Shown in pieces: positions 1 through 7,500 of a DNA stretch of 32,000 bases; positions within the stretch are counted from its first letter, which is position 1; the number at the start of each line of letters is the position of its first letter. This stretch comes from Nanoarchaeum equitans Kin4-M. GTDB taxonomy: Archaea; Nanobdellota; Nanobdellia; Nanobdellales; Nanoarchaeaceae. A program made the translations under genes and the position numbers. Location of the stretch: positions 330,001-362,000 of the forward strand of contig AE017199.1 of NCBI GenBank assembly GCA_000008085.1, given 5' to 3'. The notes under the pieces are model-generated. The model saw nothing but the letters and a program-made list of their open reading frames with translations. It was not told the origin of the DNA and did no database searches.

Positions 1-14
1 AAATTAAGGGAGAT

Positions 15-944
15 GTGGTAATAAAAACTGATAATGAAAGTATAATTTACAAAAGCCATTATATTAATGGAAAAAAACCTTTATATTTGGTTTTTGATTC
101 TAAGGATTTTAATACTAAAGAAAGAACCTTTTTCATAAAATCCAATTCTTATGTTCTAATAAATTATTATGACAATGAGCAACAAATTTCCTTAGTTGAA
201 AAGGTTGCAGCTGCAAAAAAGGTGGAAAGCTTTTTTTCTAAAATAGACCAAATTTTGGGATGGTTTGTATTATTAGCTATAGCATTTATAATAGTGTTAG
301 TTATATTAAGTGTTCCAATAGGGGTATTGTCTGCATTGGTTAGTTCAGCCCCGACAATTTTAAATATAATTTTAAATTTAAGTAAAAAAATTGGAAAAAT
401 AATAGCCTTTATAAAAATAGCGATTGTGATAGCCGCTTTTCTATCGCCAAACATAGCAAAACTTCTATTAGGAATTGATGATAGTTATAAAGAATTGTTT
501 AAATCTCAAACAGGACTAGTTAGCAAAATTAATAAACCTGTGATAGGAGTAACAACCCTTATTCCTAAAAAAGACGATACCAAATGGTTTTTGTATTCGG
601 TATTGCATAAATCTATACAAAACCTATTTGAAAAAAAAGACATAATTTTATCGAAATATAATATTAGTGTTTGCAAAATAAATAATTATAGTACAATATA
701 TCAAGGTAGAGATATAAAAATATATTGCAACAATGGTTGTTCATTCGAAAGCAAAACCGGTAAACCAATTAATGCCAAACTATTTATAATAGATGAAGCT
801 CCAACCAGTGAAAAAGAATACGGATTGTATCTTTCTAGGGGGAATATAGCGATTTTATTAGATCCATCTTACCCAATAGGAGAGAAAGACGTAGAAACCA
901 TCGCTCTAGAACTTATAAAGGGCTTTAAAGCAATATATTGTTAA
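15..944 (+). CDS. hypothetical membrane protein, function unknown (possibly 5'-truncated by window edge)
   Basis: 309-codon ORF from GTG at 15. The frame is already open from nt 3, so the gene may begin upstream of the window. Central hydrophobic stretches GWFVLLAIAFIIVLVILSVPIGVLSALV and IAFIKIAIVIAAFL. No family recognised. Confidence 0.45.
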   Translation: MVIKTDNESIIYKSHYINGKKPLYLVFDSKDFNTKERTFFIKSNSYVLINYYDNEQQISLVEKVAAAKKVESFFSKIDQILGWFVLLAIAFIIVLVILSVPIGVLSALVSSAPTILNIILNLSKKIGKIIAFIKIAIVIAAFLSPNIAKLLLGIDDSYKELFKSQTGLVSKINKPVIGVTTLIPKKDDTKWFLYSVLHKSIQNLFEKKDIILSKYNISVCKINNYSTIYQGRDIKIYCNNGCSFESKTGKPINAKLFIIDEAPTSEKEYGLYLSRGNIAILLDPSYPIGEKDVETIALELIKGFKAIYC

Positions 945-965
945 AATATAACATGTTTATAACGT

Positions 966-1703
966 ATGAAACTTATAGGTACAGGTTGGAAAAGTCCTTC
1001 TTTAATAGATGTGCACAATAAAGTTACTTTTACTCTATGGCTTTGTGGGTGTAATTTGAAATGCCCTTTTTGTCATAACTGGAAAATAGCCGAAAAAATA
1101 GGGTGTGGAGAATTAGATATAAATAGATTGTTAGACGAATTAGATAGTGCTTCTTTATTAATAGATTATTTACATGTTACTGGGGGAGAACCCTTATTGC
1201 AATGGGAACCATTATTGGAATTGTTCAAAACCTCTTACGAAAATTATAATGTGGAAAACAGTTTGAATACTAATTTTACATTAACTATCCCATTAAAGAA
1301 GCATTTGGATTCGGGTTATGTTCACCATGTTGCTACCGATCTAAAAGTGCCCCCAAATGAAATGTATGGGGTAGAAAATTGGAAAGCCTTATGGGAATCC
1401 TATTTGAAAAGCCTTTCTCTAATGAAAGAATATGATATCCCCTTAGAATTAAGAATTCCTGTTTCGAGATTCCCATGGGAAGAAAAGAAACCATACATAG
1501 ACCAAGCACTTAAAGCTTTAGGAGACGCAAACTTCTATGTAATAATAAACCCATTATTGAATTACCCAGTTGTAAATCCTAGAAACAAAGAATGGTGTGA
1601 CAAGCATTGTTCTCCTCAAAAAGAAGAATTAAATATAATAAAAGACTATTTAGAGAGCCAAGGAATAAAAGTTTATCTAAAAGGGCACAGCGAATTAATA
1701 TAG
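966..1703 (+). CDS. radical SAM activating-enzyme family protein (PflA/NrdG-like)
   Basis: 245 aa. CGCNLKCPFCHN contains the CX3CX2C radical-SAM cluster motif near the N-terminus, followed by a GGEPLL SAM-binding motif. Size and layout match organic-radical activases. Confidence 0.7.
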   Translation: MKLIGTGWKSPSLIDVHNKVTFTLWLCGCNLKCPFCHNWKIAEKIGCGELDINRLLDELDSASLLIDYLHVTGGEPLLQWEPLLELFKTSYENYNVENSLNTNFTLTIPLKKHLDSGYVHHVATDLKVPPNEMYGVENWKALWESYLKSLSLMKEYDIPLELRIPVSRFPWEEKKPYIDQALKALGDANFYVIINPLLNYPVVNPRNKEWCDKHCSPQKEELNIIKDYLESQGIKVYLKGHSELI

Positions 1704-1758
1704 CCGGGGCAGTGGGGTCGAGAACCCCGTATGCTAGACCTGGCTACACCACGGGGGC
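1703..1758 (-). tRNA. tRNA-Glu(CUC) 5' half (split tRNA gene)
   Basis: Minus strand 1758..1719 reads GCCCCCG UG GUGU AGCCAGGUCUA GCAU A CGGGG UUCUCG. That is the acceptor 5' strand, the D arm, the anticodon-stem 5' strand and loop nt 32-37 with anticodon CUC. A 16-nt GC-rich tail ACCCCACUGCCCCGGC (1718..1703) follows instead of a variable loop and T arm. A TTTTTAAA box at 1786..1779 sits exactly 20 nt before G1. Confidence 0.85.
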
Positions 1759-1766
1759 AGTGATAA

Positions 1767-1786
1767 AATTTAAACCCATTTAAAAA
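1767..1786. promoter_or_regulatory. interleaved divergent TATA boxes (mre11 / tRNA-Glu half)
   Basis: Plus-strand AATTTAAA at 1767-1774, then 20 nt, gives a start at 1795 (ATG at 1796). Minus-strand TTTTTAAA at 1786-1779, then 20 nt, gives G1 at 1758. Confidence 0.7.
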
Positions 1787-1795
1787 CATTAACTA

Positions 1796-2881
1796 ATGAT
1801 AGCTTTCATTAGCGATTTGCATTTGGGCAATATTTACGCTAATAAAAAAGAGACTGAAGAGCATAGCTATAATGCTTTGGCAAAAATCGAAGAAAAGCTA
1901 TTAGAATACCAACCAGATTTAGTTTTGGTTGGAGGGGATATATTCGATAAAAACAAAGTCTCTGGAAAAGAGATTGGGGTATTCATAGATTTTATTAATA
2001 AAATGAATAAAAACAACATCGGAGTAGTAAGTATTAGCGGTAACCACGATGGCAAATATTGGTTAAAAGAATCATTCGATCACGCTATTCCCTATATTTT
2101 ATACAAAAGCGGAATTAACCCAGAGAATGGTTATGAATATTACTCTTTTGCTGGAATTTATTTAAAAAATTCGAGGGATTGGAAAACCCTTTCAATGATA
2201 GAGGATAAATATGATATCTCTATAGTAGGGTTTTCTTTTTATACCAAAGACCGTTTACCAGAATTGTATGAGTATTTGTCTATAATTGATAGGGAAAAAA
2301 GCGATTATATTTTACTAATGCACCAATCTCTCAAAAGTTTATTACCCCAAGATCCAGCAGCGATAGATTTAACCATTGAGAATTACAAATACGCTTTATT
2401 TGGGCATATGCATATGAAGTACTATAAGGATAAAATAATAGTAACACCCCCACCATATTCTATTTCGTTAAAAGAGGCCAATACTGAAAAAGGCTTTTGG
2501 TTAATAGATAAAAAACCCGTTTTTGTTCCTATAGAGGATAGTAGGCCTTTTATTAAAATGGCTATTGATTTAGATAACCCAATAGAGATAAAGCCAAACA
2601 AAAATGCCATTTTAATTTTAGATGTCTATTATAGAGAATCTCAAATAGACAAACTAAATCTATTGAAGAAAACCTTATCGGAAAACTTTTTGTATGTTAA
2701 AATAAACCCAATATTGAAAGAGACTAGCAAAATTATTGTTAAAAAGAGTGAAAACAAGGAAGAAATATTTAAGAAATATCTAAAAGAAGATTATGATTTC
2801 TTTATGGAATTATATGAAAAATTTAGAGACATAAAAGATCCAGAAACTATTGTTCAATACCTCGAATTTTTCTATCGATGA
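1796..2881 (+). CDS. mre11: DNA double-strand break repair nuclease Mre11
   Basis: 361 aa. Calcineurin-like phosphoesterase motifs appear in Mre11 order: DLHLG, GGDIFD, GNHDG, LLMHQS, FGHMH. No rad50 is adjacent. Confidence 0.8.
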   Translation: MIAFISDLHLGNIYANKKETEEHSYNALAKIEEKLLEYQPDLVLVGGDIFDKNKVSGKEIGVFIDFINKMNKNNIGVVSISGNHDGKYWLKESFDHAIPYILYKSGINPENGYEYYSFAGIYLKNSRDWKTLSMIEDKYDISIVGFSFYTKDRLPELYEYLSIIDREKSDYILLMHQSLKSLLPQDPAAIDLTIENYKYALFGHMHMKYYKDKIIVTPPPYSISLKEANTEKGFWLIDKKPVFVPIEDSRPFIKMAIDLDNPIEIKPNKNAILILDVYYRESQIDKLNLLKKTLSENFLYVKINPILKETSKIIVKKSENKEEIFKKYLKEDYDFFMELYEKFRDIKDPETIVQYLEFFYR

Positions 2882-3830
2882 CATTTTTATTAGATTGTAA
2901 CAAAACTACTCTCGAATCTACATGTTCATCAACCAAATCGTAATCTATATATTCGCTTAATTTTTTAGCGAATTCTTTTACTTCTTCATGTGTAGGCATG
3001 TTTTTTATTGTTAGTCTTTGTCTCGAATAACCCAATAACATAAACGCTTTTACTTCAACAAAATGGGGATTATACTTTTCTATTAAAGAGGCCCAACCCT
3101 CAAAATCTGTATCATTTATACCTTTAATTAATGTTATCCTCGCTACTTTTCTTGTTTTAGCGTGCCTCATTAGTTTTAAGCTTTTATTGAACCTCTTCCA
3201 TGCATCATTTAACAATGGTTTAGATACTTGGAAAAACAATTCTTCATTTGGAGCAGTAAAAGATATATAGAATTGAGTAGGCAATGCATTTTTTTCTATT
3301 AATTTTTCTATAGTTTCATAAACTACCCCATTTGTAACTATAAATATACTCTTAAGCCAGTGCCAGCTCTTTTTTAGATACAATATAGCTTCGTCCATCC
3401 TACCATATAATAATGGTTCTCCAATTAATGAAAATGTAACATGGTTTGGCAACAACGCTTCTTCTAACATTTTTTTATCCACTTTTTCATTACCTTTAAA
3501 ACCTATTAATAGCTCTGCTCTTAGCTTTCTTAGATTTTCTAACAAATCTTTTGGATCGGGCCAATCTTCATTAAGCAAATCTATATGCCCTTTTTGAAAT
3601 TCGTGATTTGGCCTCCAACAATAGATACATCTATTAGTACACCAAAATGCTGCTAAAGATATTTGCATACATCTATGTGTGTCTATTCCATAGAATTTGT
3701 TTTTGTAGCAAAATCTTTTGTTTTTCAAAGCTTCTTTAGTCCAATGGCATATTTCTACTGCTCCAGTTTTGTAAACTCTATAACCCGCTTTTTCATACAT
3801 TTCTTTTATTTTTTCATCAACATATAACAC
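2847..3830 (-). CDS. taw1: tRNA wybutosine-pathway radical SAM enzyme Taw1/TYW1
   Basis: Radical-SAM motif CTNRCIYCWRP, preceded by a second Cys cluster (CHW..CYKNKFYGIDTHRCMQ) typical of TYW1. TTTATAAA at 3859-3852 predicts a start at 3831, immediately before GTG 3830 (VLYVDEKIKEMYEKAGY...). The 34 extra N-terminal codons of the track ORF (up to 3932) overlap the divergent gene and are not used. Confidence 0.75.
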   Translation of the reverse strand: MLYVDEKIKEMYEKAGYRVYKTGAVEICHWTKEALKNKRFCYKNKFYGIDTHRCMQISLAAFWCTNRCIYCWRPNHEFQKGHIDLLNEDWPDPKDLLENLRKLRAELLIGFKGNEKVDKKMLEEALLPNHVTFSLIGEPLLYGRMDEAILYLKKSWHWLKSIFIVTNGVVYETIEKLIEKNALPTQFYISFTAPNEELFFQVSKPLLNDAWKRFNKSLKLMRHAKTRKVARITLIKGINDTDFEGWASLIEKYNPHFVEVKAFMLLGYSRQRLTIKNMPTHEEVKEFAKKLSEYIDYDLVDEHVDSRVVLLQSNKNVIDRKIRGIEQ

Positions 3831-3832
3831 CT

Positions 3833-3859
3833 GTTTTAAATGGAGTACCCATTTATAAA
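3833..3859. promoter_or_regulatory. interleaved divergent TATA boxes (SPOUT gene / taw1)
   Basis: Plus-strand GTTTTAAA at 3833-3840 gives a start at 3861 (ATG 3862). Minus-strand TTTATAAA at 3859-3852 gives a start at 3831 (GTG 3830). Confidence 0.65.
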
Positions 3860-3861
3860 TA

Positions 3862-4560
3862 ATGCGCGTAATAGTATTCTTCGTAGAGCCTGAGAAAGTT
3901 GATAACATAGGAGCAATGGCAAGGGTTTGCAAAAACTTTAATGCAGATTTATATTTAATTAACCCAAAAGTAGATAACTACGAAAAAGCCTTTGTTGTAG
4001 CAAAGCATGCCCAAGATTTATTGCAAAAAGCGATAGAGAATAAGCTAAATAGTATAGATGAAGCAAAAGAATTAGTTGATATAAGTGTGGGCACTACAGG
4101 AAAAATAGCTAACGAATACAATGTATTAAGAAGCCCTTTAAAACCATGGGAATTAGCAGAGAGGTTTGCCAATAGCGATATAAAACTTGGTATATTTATT
4201 GGAAGAGAAAGCATAGGTTTAACTAATGAAGAGCTATCAAAAATGGATTTTATTGTTACTATTCCTGCGAATAAAGAATATCCAATACTAAATGCTACCC
4301 ATGCTACAGCAATAATTTTATATGAATTATTCAAACATTCAAAAGAAGGGCATGTTAATTTAGCTTTACCAAAAAAAGAACAAATCGATGTTTTATTAGA
4401 TTATGTGAAGAAAATAATTGATAAACTGCCTCAACCAGATTATAGAAAGGAATATTATTTTATAATAATGAGAAAACTTATTACGCAAGGCATAATAAAT
4501 AGCAGGGAAGCCAATACATTAATTGGGTTTTTTAGATCTATATATGAAAATCTCAAATGA
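3862..4560 (+). CDS. SPOUT-class RNA 2'-O-methyltransferase (SpoU/TrmH, TrmJ/LasT-like)
   Basis: 232 aa. VFFVEPEKVDNIGAMARVCKNFNADLYLINPK (SpoU motif 1), IFIGRESIGLTNEEL (motif 2), and LNATHATAIILYEL (motif 3, knot). Confidence 0.75.
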   Translation: MRVIVFFVEPEKVDNIGAMARVCKNFNADLYLINPKVDNYEKAFVVAKHAQDLLQKAIENKLNSIDEAKELVDISVGTTGKIANEYNVLRSPLKPWELAERFANSDIKLGIFIGRESIGLTNEELSKMDFIVTIPANKEYPILNATHATAIILYELFKHSKEGHVNLALPKKEQIDVLLDYVKKIIDKLPQPDYRKEYYFIIMRKLITQGIINSREANTLIGFFRSIYENLK

Positions 4561-4606
4561 AGATATTGTGTGCTTCTGAACTAATGATGAAAGGAGCAGG
4601 AACAGA
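4557..4606 (+). ncRNA. C/D box sRNA (sRNA-1)
   Basis: AUGAAGA-UAUUGUGUGCUU-CUGA-ACUA-AUGAUGA-AAGGAGCAGGAA-CAGA. This is C, a 12-nt guide, D', a 4-nt spacer, C', a 12-nt guide, and D, 50 nt in total. The C box contains the UGA stop codon (4558-4560) of the upstream gene. The C(U5>A)/D(U2>A) change is compensatory at the K-turn U:U position. Confidence 0.65.
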
Positions 4607-4614
4607 TTATTAAA
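4607..4614 (+). promoter_or_regulatory. TATA box for the 4635 gene
   Basis: TTATTAAA followed by 20 nt, then the A of ATG at 4635. The box abuts the D box of sRNA-1. Confidence 0.6.
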
Positions 4615-4634
4615 TAGTATATAATTTTTCCCTA

Positions 4635-4991
4635 ATGAAAGCAGCAGTAGCGTGTTACGAAAGCAATGGTGTGTATAAGCTATTCCCAACAGAGTTTGGC
4701 CATGCCCCCATATTTGTAATAGTAGACCTCGATACAAAACAAATAGTAGAAAAAAGGGAAAACCCCTATAAGGGAGAAGAATCCAAAGATAAATTCAAAA
4801 AATTAGCCGAATATTTGAAAGATGTGGATTATTTTGTAGGCAAACAATTTGGTACATCTGTTTTGAAATTAAGGCCAATGTTTAACAAAATCCCCGTAGT
4901 AGTTAATGCCGAAACCTTAGAAGAAGCAATAGAAAAACTATCTAATTCGAAAGATAAGCTAAATTTAGACAGCTATGTTATTTTGTTGTAG
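4635..4991 (+). CDS. NifB/NifX-family (dinitrogenase FeMo-cofactor-binding fold, COG1433-like) protein
   Basis: 118 aa. MKAAVA...FGHAPIFVIVDL...NP...VDYFVGKQFG...IPVV matches the pattern of small archaeal NifX-like proteins recalled from memory. Confidence 0.55.
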   Translation: MKAAVACYESNGVYKLFPTEFGHAPIFVIVDLDTKQIVEKRENPYKGEESKDKFKKLAEYLKDVDYFVGKQFGTSVLKLRPMFNKIPVVVNAETLEEAIEKLSNSKDKLNLDSYVILL

Positions 4992-5330
4992 TTTGGCCAA
5001 TTCCTCTTTTAATTCGTCTTTTATTTTATCAATATCATTTTTAAGTTTTTCAGCCTCTATTTTCAAAGAATCCAATTGTTTTGCCATCTTTTCTATGGCT
5101 TTGTCTTTGTCTATTTCTACATAATACTTAGCTCCAACTGGGACAATAACTTTGTTCGTTTCTTTTGCTTCCCCTTTGATTAGCAAACCATTAAATAATA
5201 TTAAGCCATTCCCATCTCTTAGCTCTTTTAAATATTCTATAGCTAATTCCAATTCCGCTACTCTATTTAGTATTACTTCATATTCCTTTGTAAGCTCTTC
5301 AAAGAGCAAATACTTTTCTCTTAGATCCAT
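4965..5330 (-). CDS. pfdA: prefoldin subunit (alpha-type)
   Basis: 121 aa. Coiled-coil N and C termini flank a beta-hairpin region: LILFNGLLIKGEAKETNKVIVPVGAKYYVEIDKDKAIEKM. TTTATAAA at 5358-5351 places the start on ATG 5330. Confidence 0.6.
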   Translation of the reverse strand: MDLREKYLLFEELTKEYEVILNRVAELELAIEYLKELRDGNGLILFNGLLIKGEAKETNKVIVPVGAKYYVEIDKDKAIEKMAKQLDSLKIEAEKLKNDIDKIKDELKEELAKLQQNNIAV

Positions 5331-5350
5331 TAAGAGAATAAGCCTTTTCT

Positions 5351-5358
5351 TTTATAAA
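5351..5358. promoter_or_regulatory. single palindromic TATA box shared by divergent pfdA and hef
   Basis: TTTATAAA reads the same on both strands. It lies 20 nt from 5330 (ATG of pfdA) and 20 nt from 5379 (first in-frame codon region of hef). Confidence 0.6.
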
Positions 5359-5378
5359 TGGATTTTTGTCTATAATCT

Positions 5379-7457
5379 ATCCATGGCATAGAGCCAAGAG
5401 AATACCAAAAAAGAATATTCGAGACCGCTAAAAACTATAATACATTAATAGTATTGCCAACAGGTTTAGGGAAAACAGTAATAGCGTTAATGCTAATAGA
5501 GTATTTCAAACAAAAATACCCGGATAAAAAGATATTGTTTTTAGCTCCTACAAAACCTTTGGTTAATCAACATGTGGAATTTTTAAGAAAATATAGCGAT
5601 ATAGATCCAACAAAAATAGTTGGTATAAGTGGGGACATACCAAAAGAAAAAAGGGTAAAACTTTATAATGCCGATGTTATAGTTGCAACTCCCCAAACCA
5701 TAAAAAATGATTTGGCCAATAACTTAATAGATTTGAACAAATTCTCTTTAATTATATTTGATGAAGCGCATAGGGCTGTGGGTAACTATTCTTACACATA
5801 TATAGCTCGCAATTTCAATAATAGAATTGTAGGCCTAACCGCTTCCCCTGGGAGCGATGAAGAGAAAATAAAAGAAATAATAGAAAACTTAAAAATAGAG
5901 AGAATAGAATATAGAAACGAAGATTCCTCAGATGTTAGACCTTATGTAAAGAAAAAGGTTATAAAATATATCGGGGTAGCATTAGACAAAGAAATACTTA
6001 CAGCTTCTTCTCTTATACAAGAGGCGATAGAGATAAGGAAGAAAAAATTGGAAGAGCTTGGCATATTAAAGAGAAAAATAAAGGATATTGCTTTATTAAT
6101 GGAAGAGCTAAAGAAGAAACAAGCTTATAGCTTAGATGAAAGGGTAAAAGATGCTATAATTATTGGTTCTGAAATTTTAATTTTATTCCATGCTTTGAAA
6201 ACATTGCAAACCCAAACATATAGAGCATTTCTTAAATTTTGTGAAAACCTCTTCGAAAATGCCCAGAAATTAAGTGAAAAAAATGTTGCCGAAGATGTAA
6301 GGCTAAAAAAAGCATATTTGTATGTTAAAGATTTAGTTAAACAAGGCAAAGAACATCCAAAAATTAATGCTTTGTTAGAGATAATAAAAAAGAATAAAGA
6401 CAAAAAAATTATAGTTTTTGCCCAGCTTACAGATACGGTAATGCAGATAACTGAATTATTGAACAAAAATAACATAAAAGCTGTAGCGTTTACTGGTAAA
6501 AAGCTTATGACTCAAAAAAAGCAAATAGAGACTTTAGACAAATTTAGGGCTAATATATATAATGTTTTGGTTGCTTCTTCTGTTGCAGAAGAAGGGTTAG
6601 ATATACCGAAGGTGGATTTAGTAATATTTTATGAACCTATTCCCTCTGCAATTAGGGCCATACAAAGAAAAGGTAGAACCGGCAGGTTAAACTACGGTGA
6701 AGTAATAATATTGTATTCTAAAAATACTTTAGATGAAAAAGCTCTTTGGGCCTCTATTAGAAAAGAAAAAAAGATGTATGAAATATTGGAAAAACTTTCT
6801 AAAGAGGTTAAACCAAAAAAAGAGCAAACTTTAAACGAAGTATTGGGATTTAGATATAAAATTATTGCTGACCAAAGAGAACAAAATTCTTTAGTAGTAG
6901 ATGCGTTAAAAAAATTAGGTATAGGGGTTAAAATTGAGAATTTAGAGGTTGGCGATTATATAGTTGGCGATGTAGTAATAGAAAGAAAAACTATTAGGGA
7001 TTTCGTTGATTCTATAATAGATAATAGGATATGGGATCAAATGAATAAATTATCGCAATTAGATAAAAAACTTTTAATATTGGAAGGAGAAGAAGACCCA
7101 TATTTTATTAGAGATGTTAACCCCAATGTTATAAGGAGTGTTATATTAACTTTATCCTTAAAAGGGATACCAATAATAAGAACTAAAAACCCTATTGATA
7201 CAGCTTATTACATTAAAGTTTTGTCTGAAAAACAAAATAAACTGCCACAAATACCTAAAATAAAGAAAAAAGAACTAACTCCTAAAGAGGTTTTAGCTTC
7301 TTTTCCTGGTATTGGTGAAAAGAGTGCCGAAGAGCTATTAAAAAGATACAAAACTATAAAAAATGTTGTTAATGCTTCTTTATCGGGTTTATCTATTATT
7401 TTGGGGGAAAAGCGTGCTAAGAAGCTTAAAGAATTTTTAGAGAAAGAATATCAGTAG
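5379..7457 (+). CDS. hef: Hef-type helicase-nuclease (SF2 helicase + XPF/Mus81 nuclease + HhH2); start codon unresolved
   Basis: Helicase motifs LPTGLGKT, FDEAH, TASPG, QRKGRTGR. Nuclease motif GDYIVGDVVIERKTIRDFVDSI (GDXnERKX3D). C-terminal FPGIGEKSAEELL helix-hairpin-helix. The track starts at TTG 5454, but the in-frame upstream sequence IEPREYQKRIFETAKNYNTLIV (Q-motif region) is open back to 5376. Confidence 0.85.
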   Translation: MHGIEPREYQKRIFETAKNYNTLIVLPTGLGKTVIALMLIEYFKQKYPDKKILFLAPTKPLVNQHVEFLRKYSDIDPTKIVGISGDIPKEKRVKLYNADVIVATPQTIKNDLANNLIDLNKFSLIIFDEAHRAVGNYSYTYIARNFNNRIVGLTASPGSDEEKIKEIIENLKIERIEYRNEDSSDVRPYVKKKVIKYIGVALDKEILTASSLIQEAIEIRKKKLEELGILKRKIKDIALLMEELKKKQAYSLDERVKDAIIIGSEILILFHALKTLQTQTYRAFLKFCENLFENAQKLSEKNVAEDVRLKKAYLYVKDLVKQGKEHPKINALLEIIKKNKDKKIIVFAQLTDTVMQITELLNKNNIKAVAFTGKKLMTQKKQIETLDKFRANIYNVLVASSVAEEGLDIPKVDLVIFYEPIPSAIRAIQRKGRTGRLNYGEVIILYSKNTLDEKALWASIRKEKKMYEILEKLSKEVKPKKEQTLNEVLGFRYKIIADQREQNSLVVDALKKLGIGVKIENLEVGDYIVGDVVIERKTIRDFVDSIIDNRIWDQMNKLSQLDKKLLILEGEEDPYFIRDVNPNVIRSVILTLSLKGIPIIRTKNPIDTAYYIKVLSEKQNKLPQIPKIKKKELTPKEVLASFPGIGEKSAEELLKRYKTIKNVVNASLSGLSIILGEKRAKKLKEFLEKEYQ

Positions 7458-7500
7458 TGCCCATCACTCTTCATCTCTCTGGGTAGCCGTATGTCATCAT
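7451..7500 (-). ncRNA. C/D box sRNA (sRNA-2), D' guide complementary to the 16S rRNA 3' domain
   Basis: Minus strand: AUGAUGA-CAUACGGCUACC-CAGA-GAG-AUGAAGA-GUGAUGGGCACUA-CUGA, 50 nt. The C box contains the rps5 stop codon. The D box overlaps the last sense codon of hef. The first guide is complementary to GGUAGCCGUA, the conserved archaeal 16S sequence just upstream of helix 45. Confidence 0.8.

Noticed and set aside
267-465. Apparent resemblance between the TM hairpin of the first ORF (SVPIGVLSALVSS...) and that of the 1012-aa protein (10741-10936; CAIGVLIPG...AVSALLLL)
   Set aside because: It rests on a few hydrophobic residues (IGVL, SAL). That is indistinguishable from compositional similarity of TM helices without a statistical alignment.
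3831-3932. 34-codon N-terminal extension of the taw1 track ORF
   Set aside because: It overlaps the divergent SPOUT gene and its promoter. Box spacing and similarity to Taw1 N-termini favour GTG 3830.
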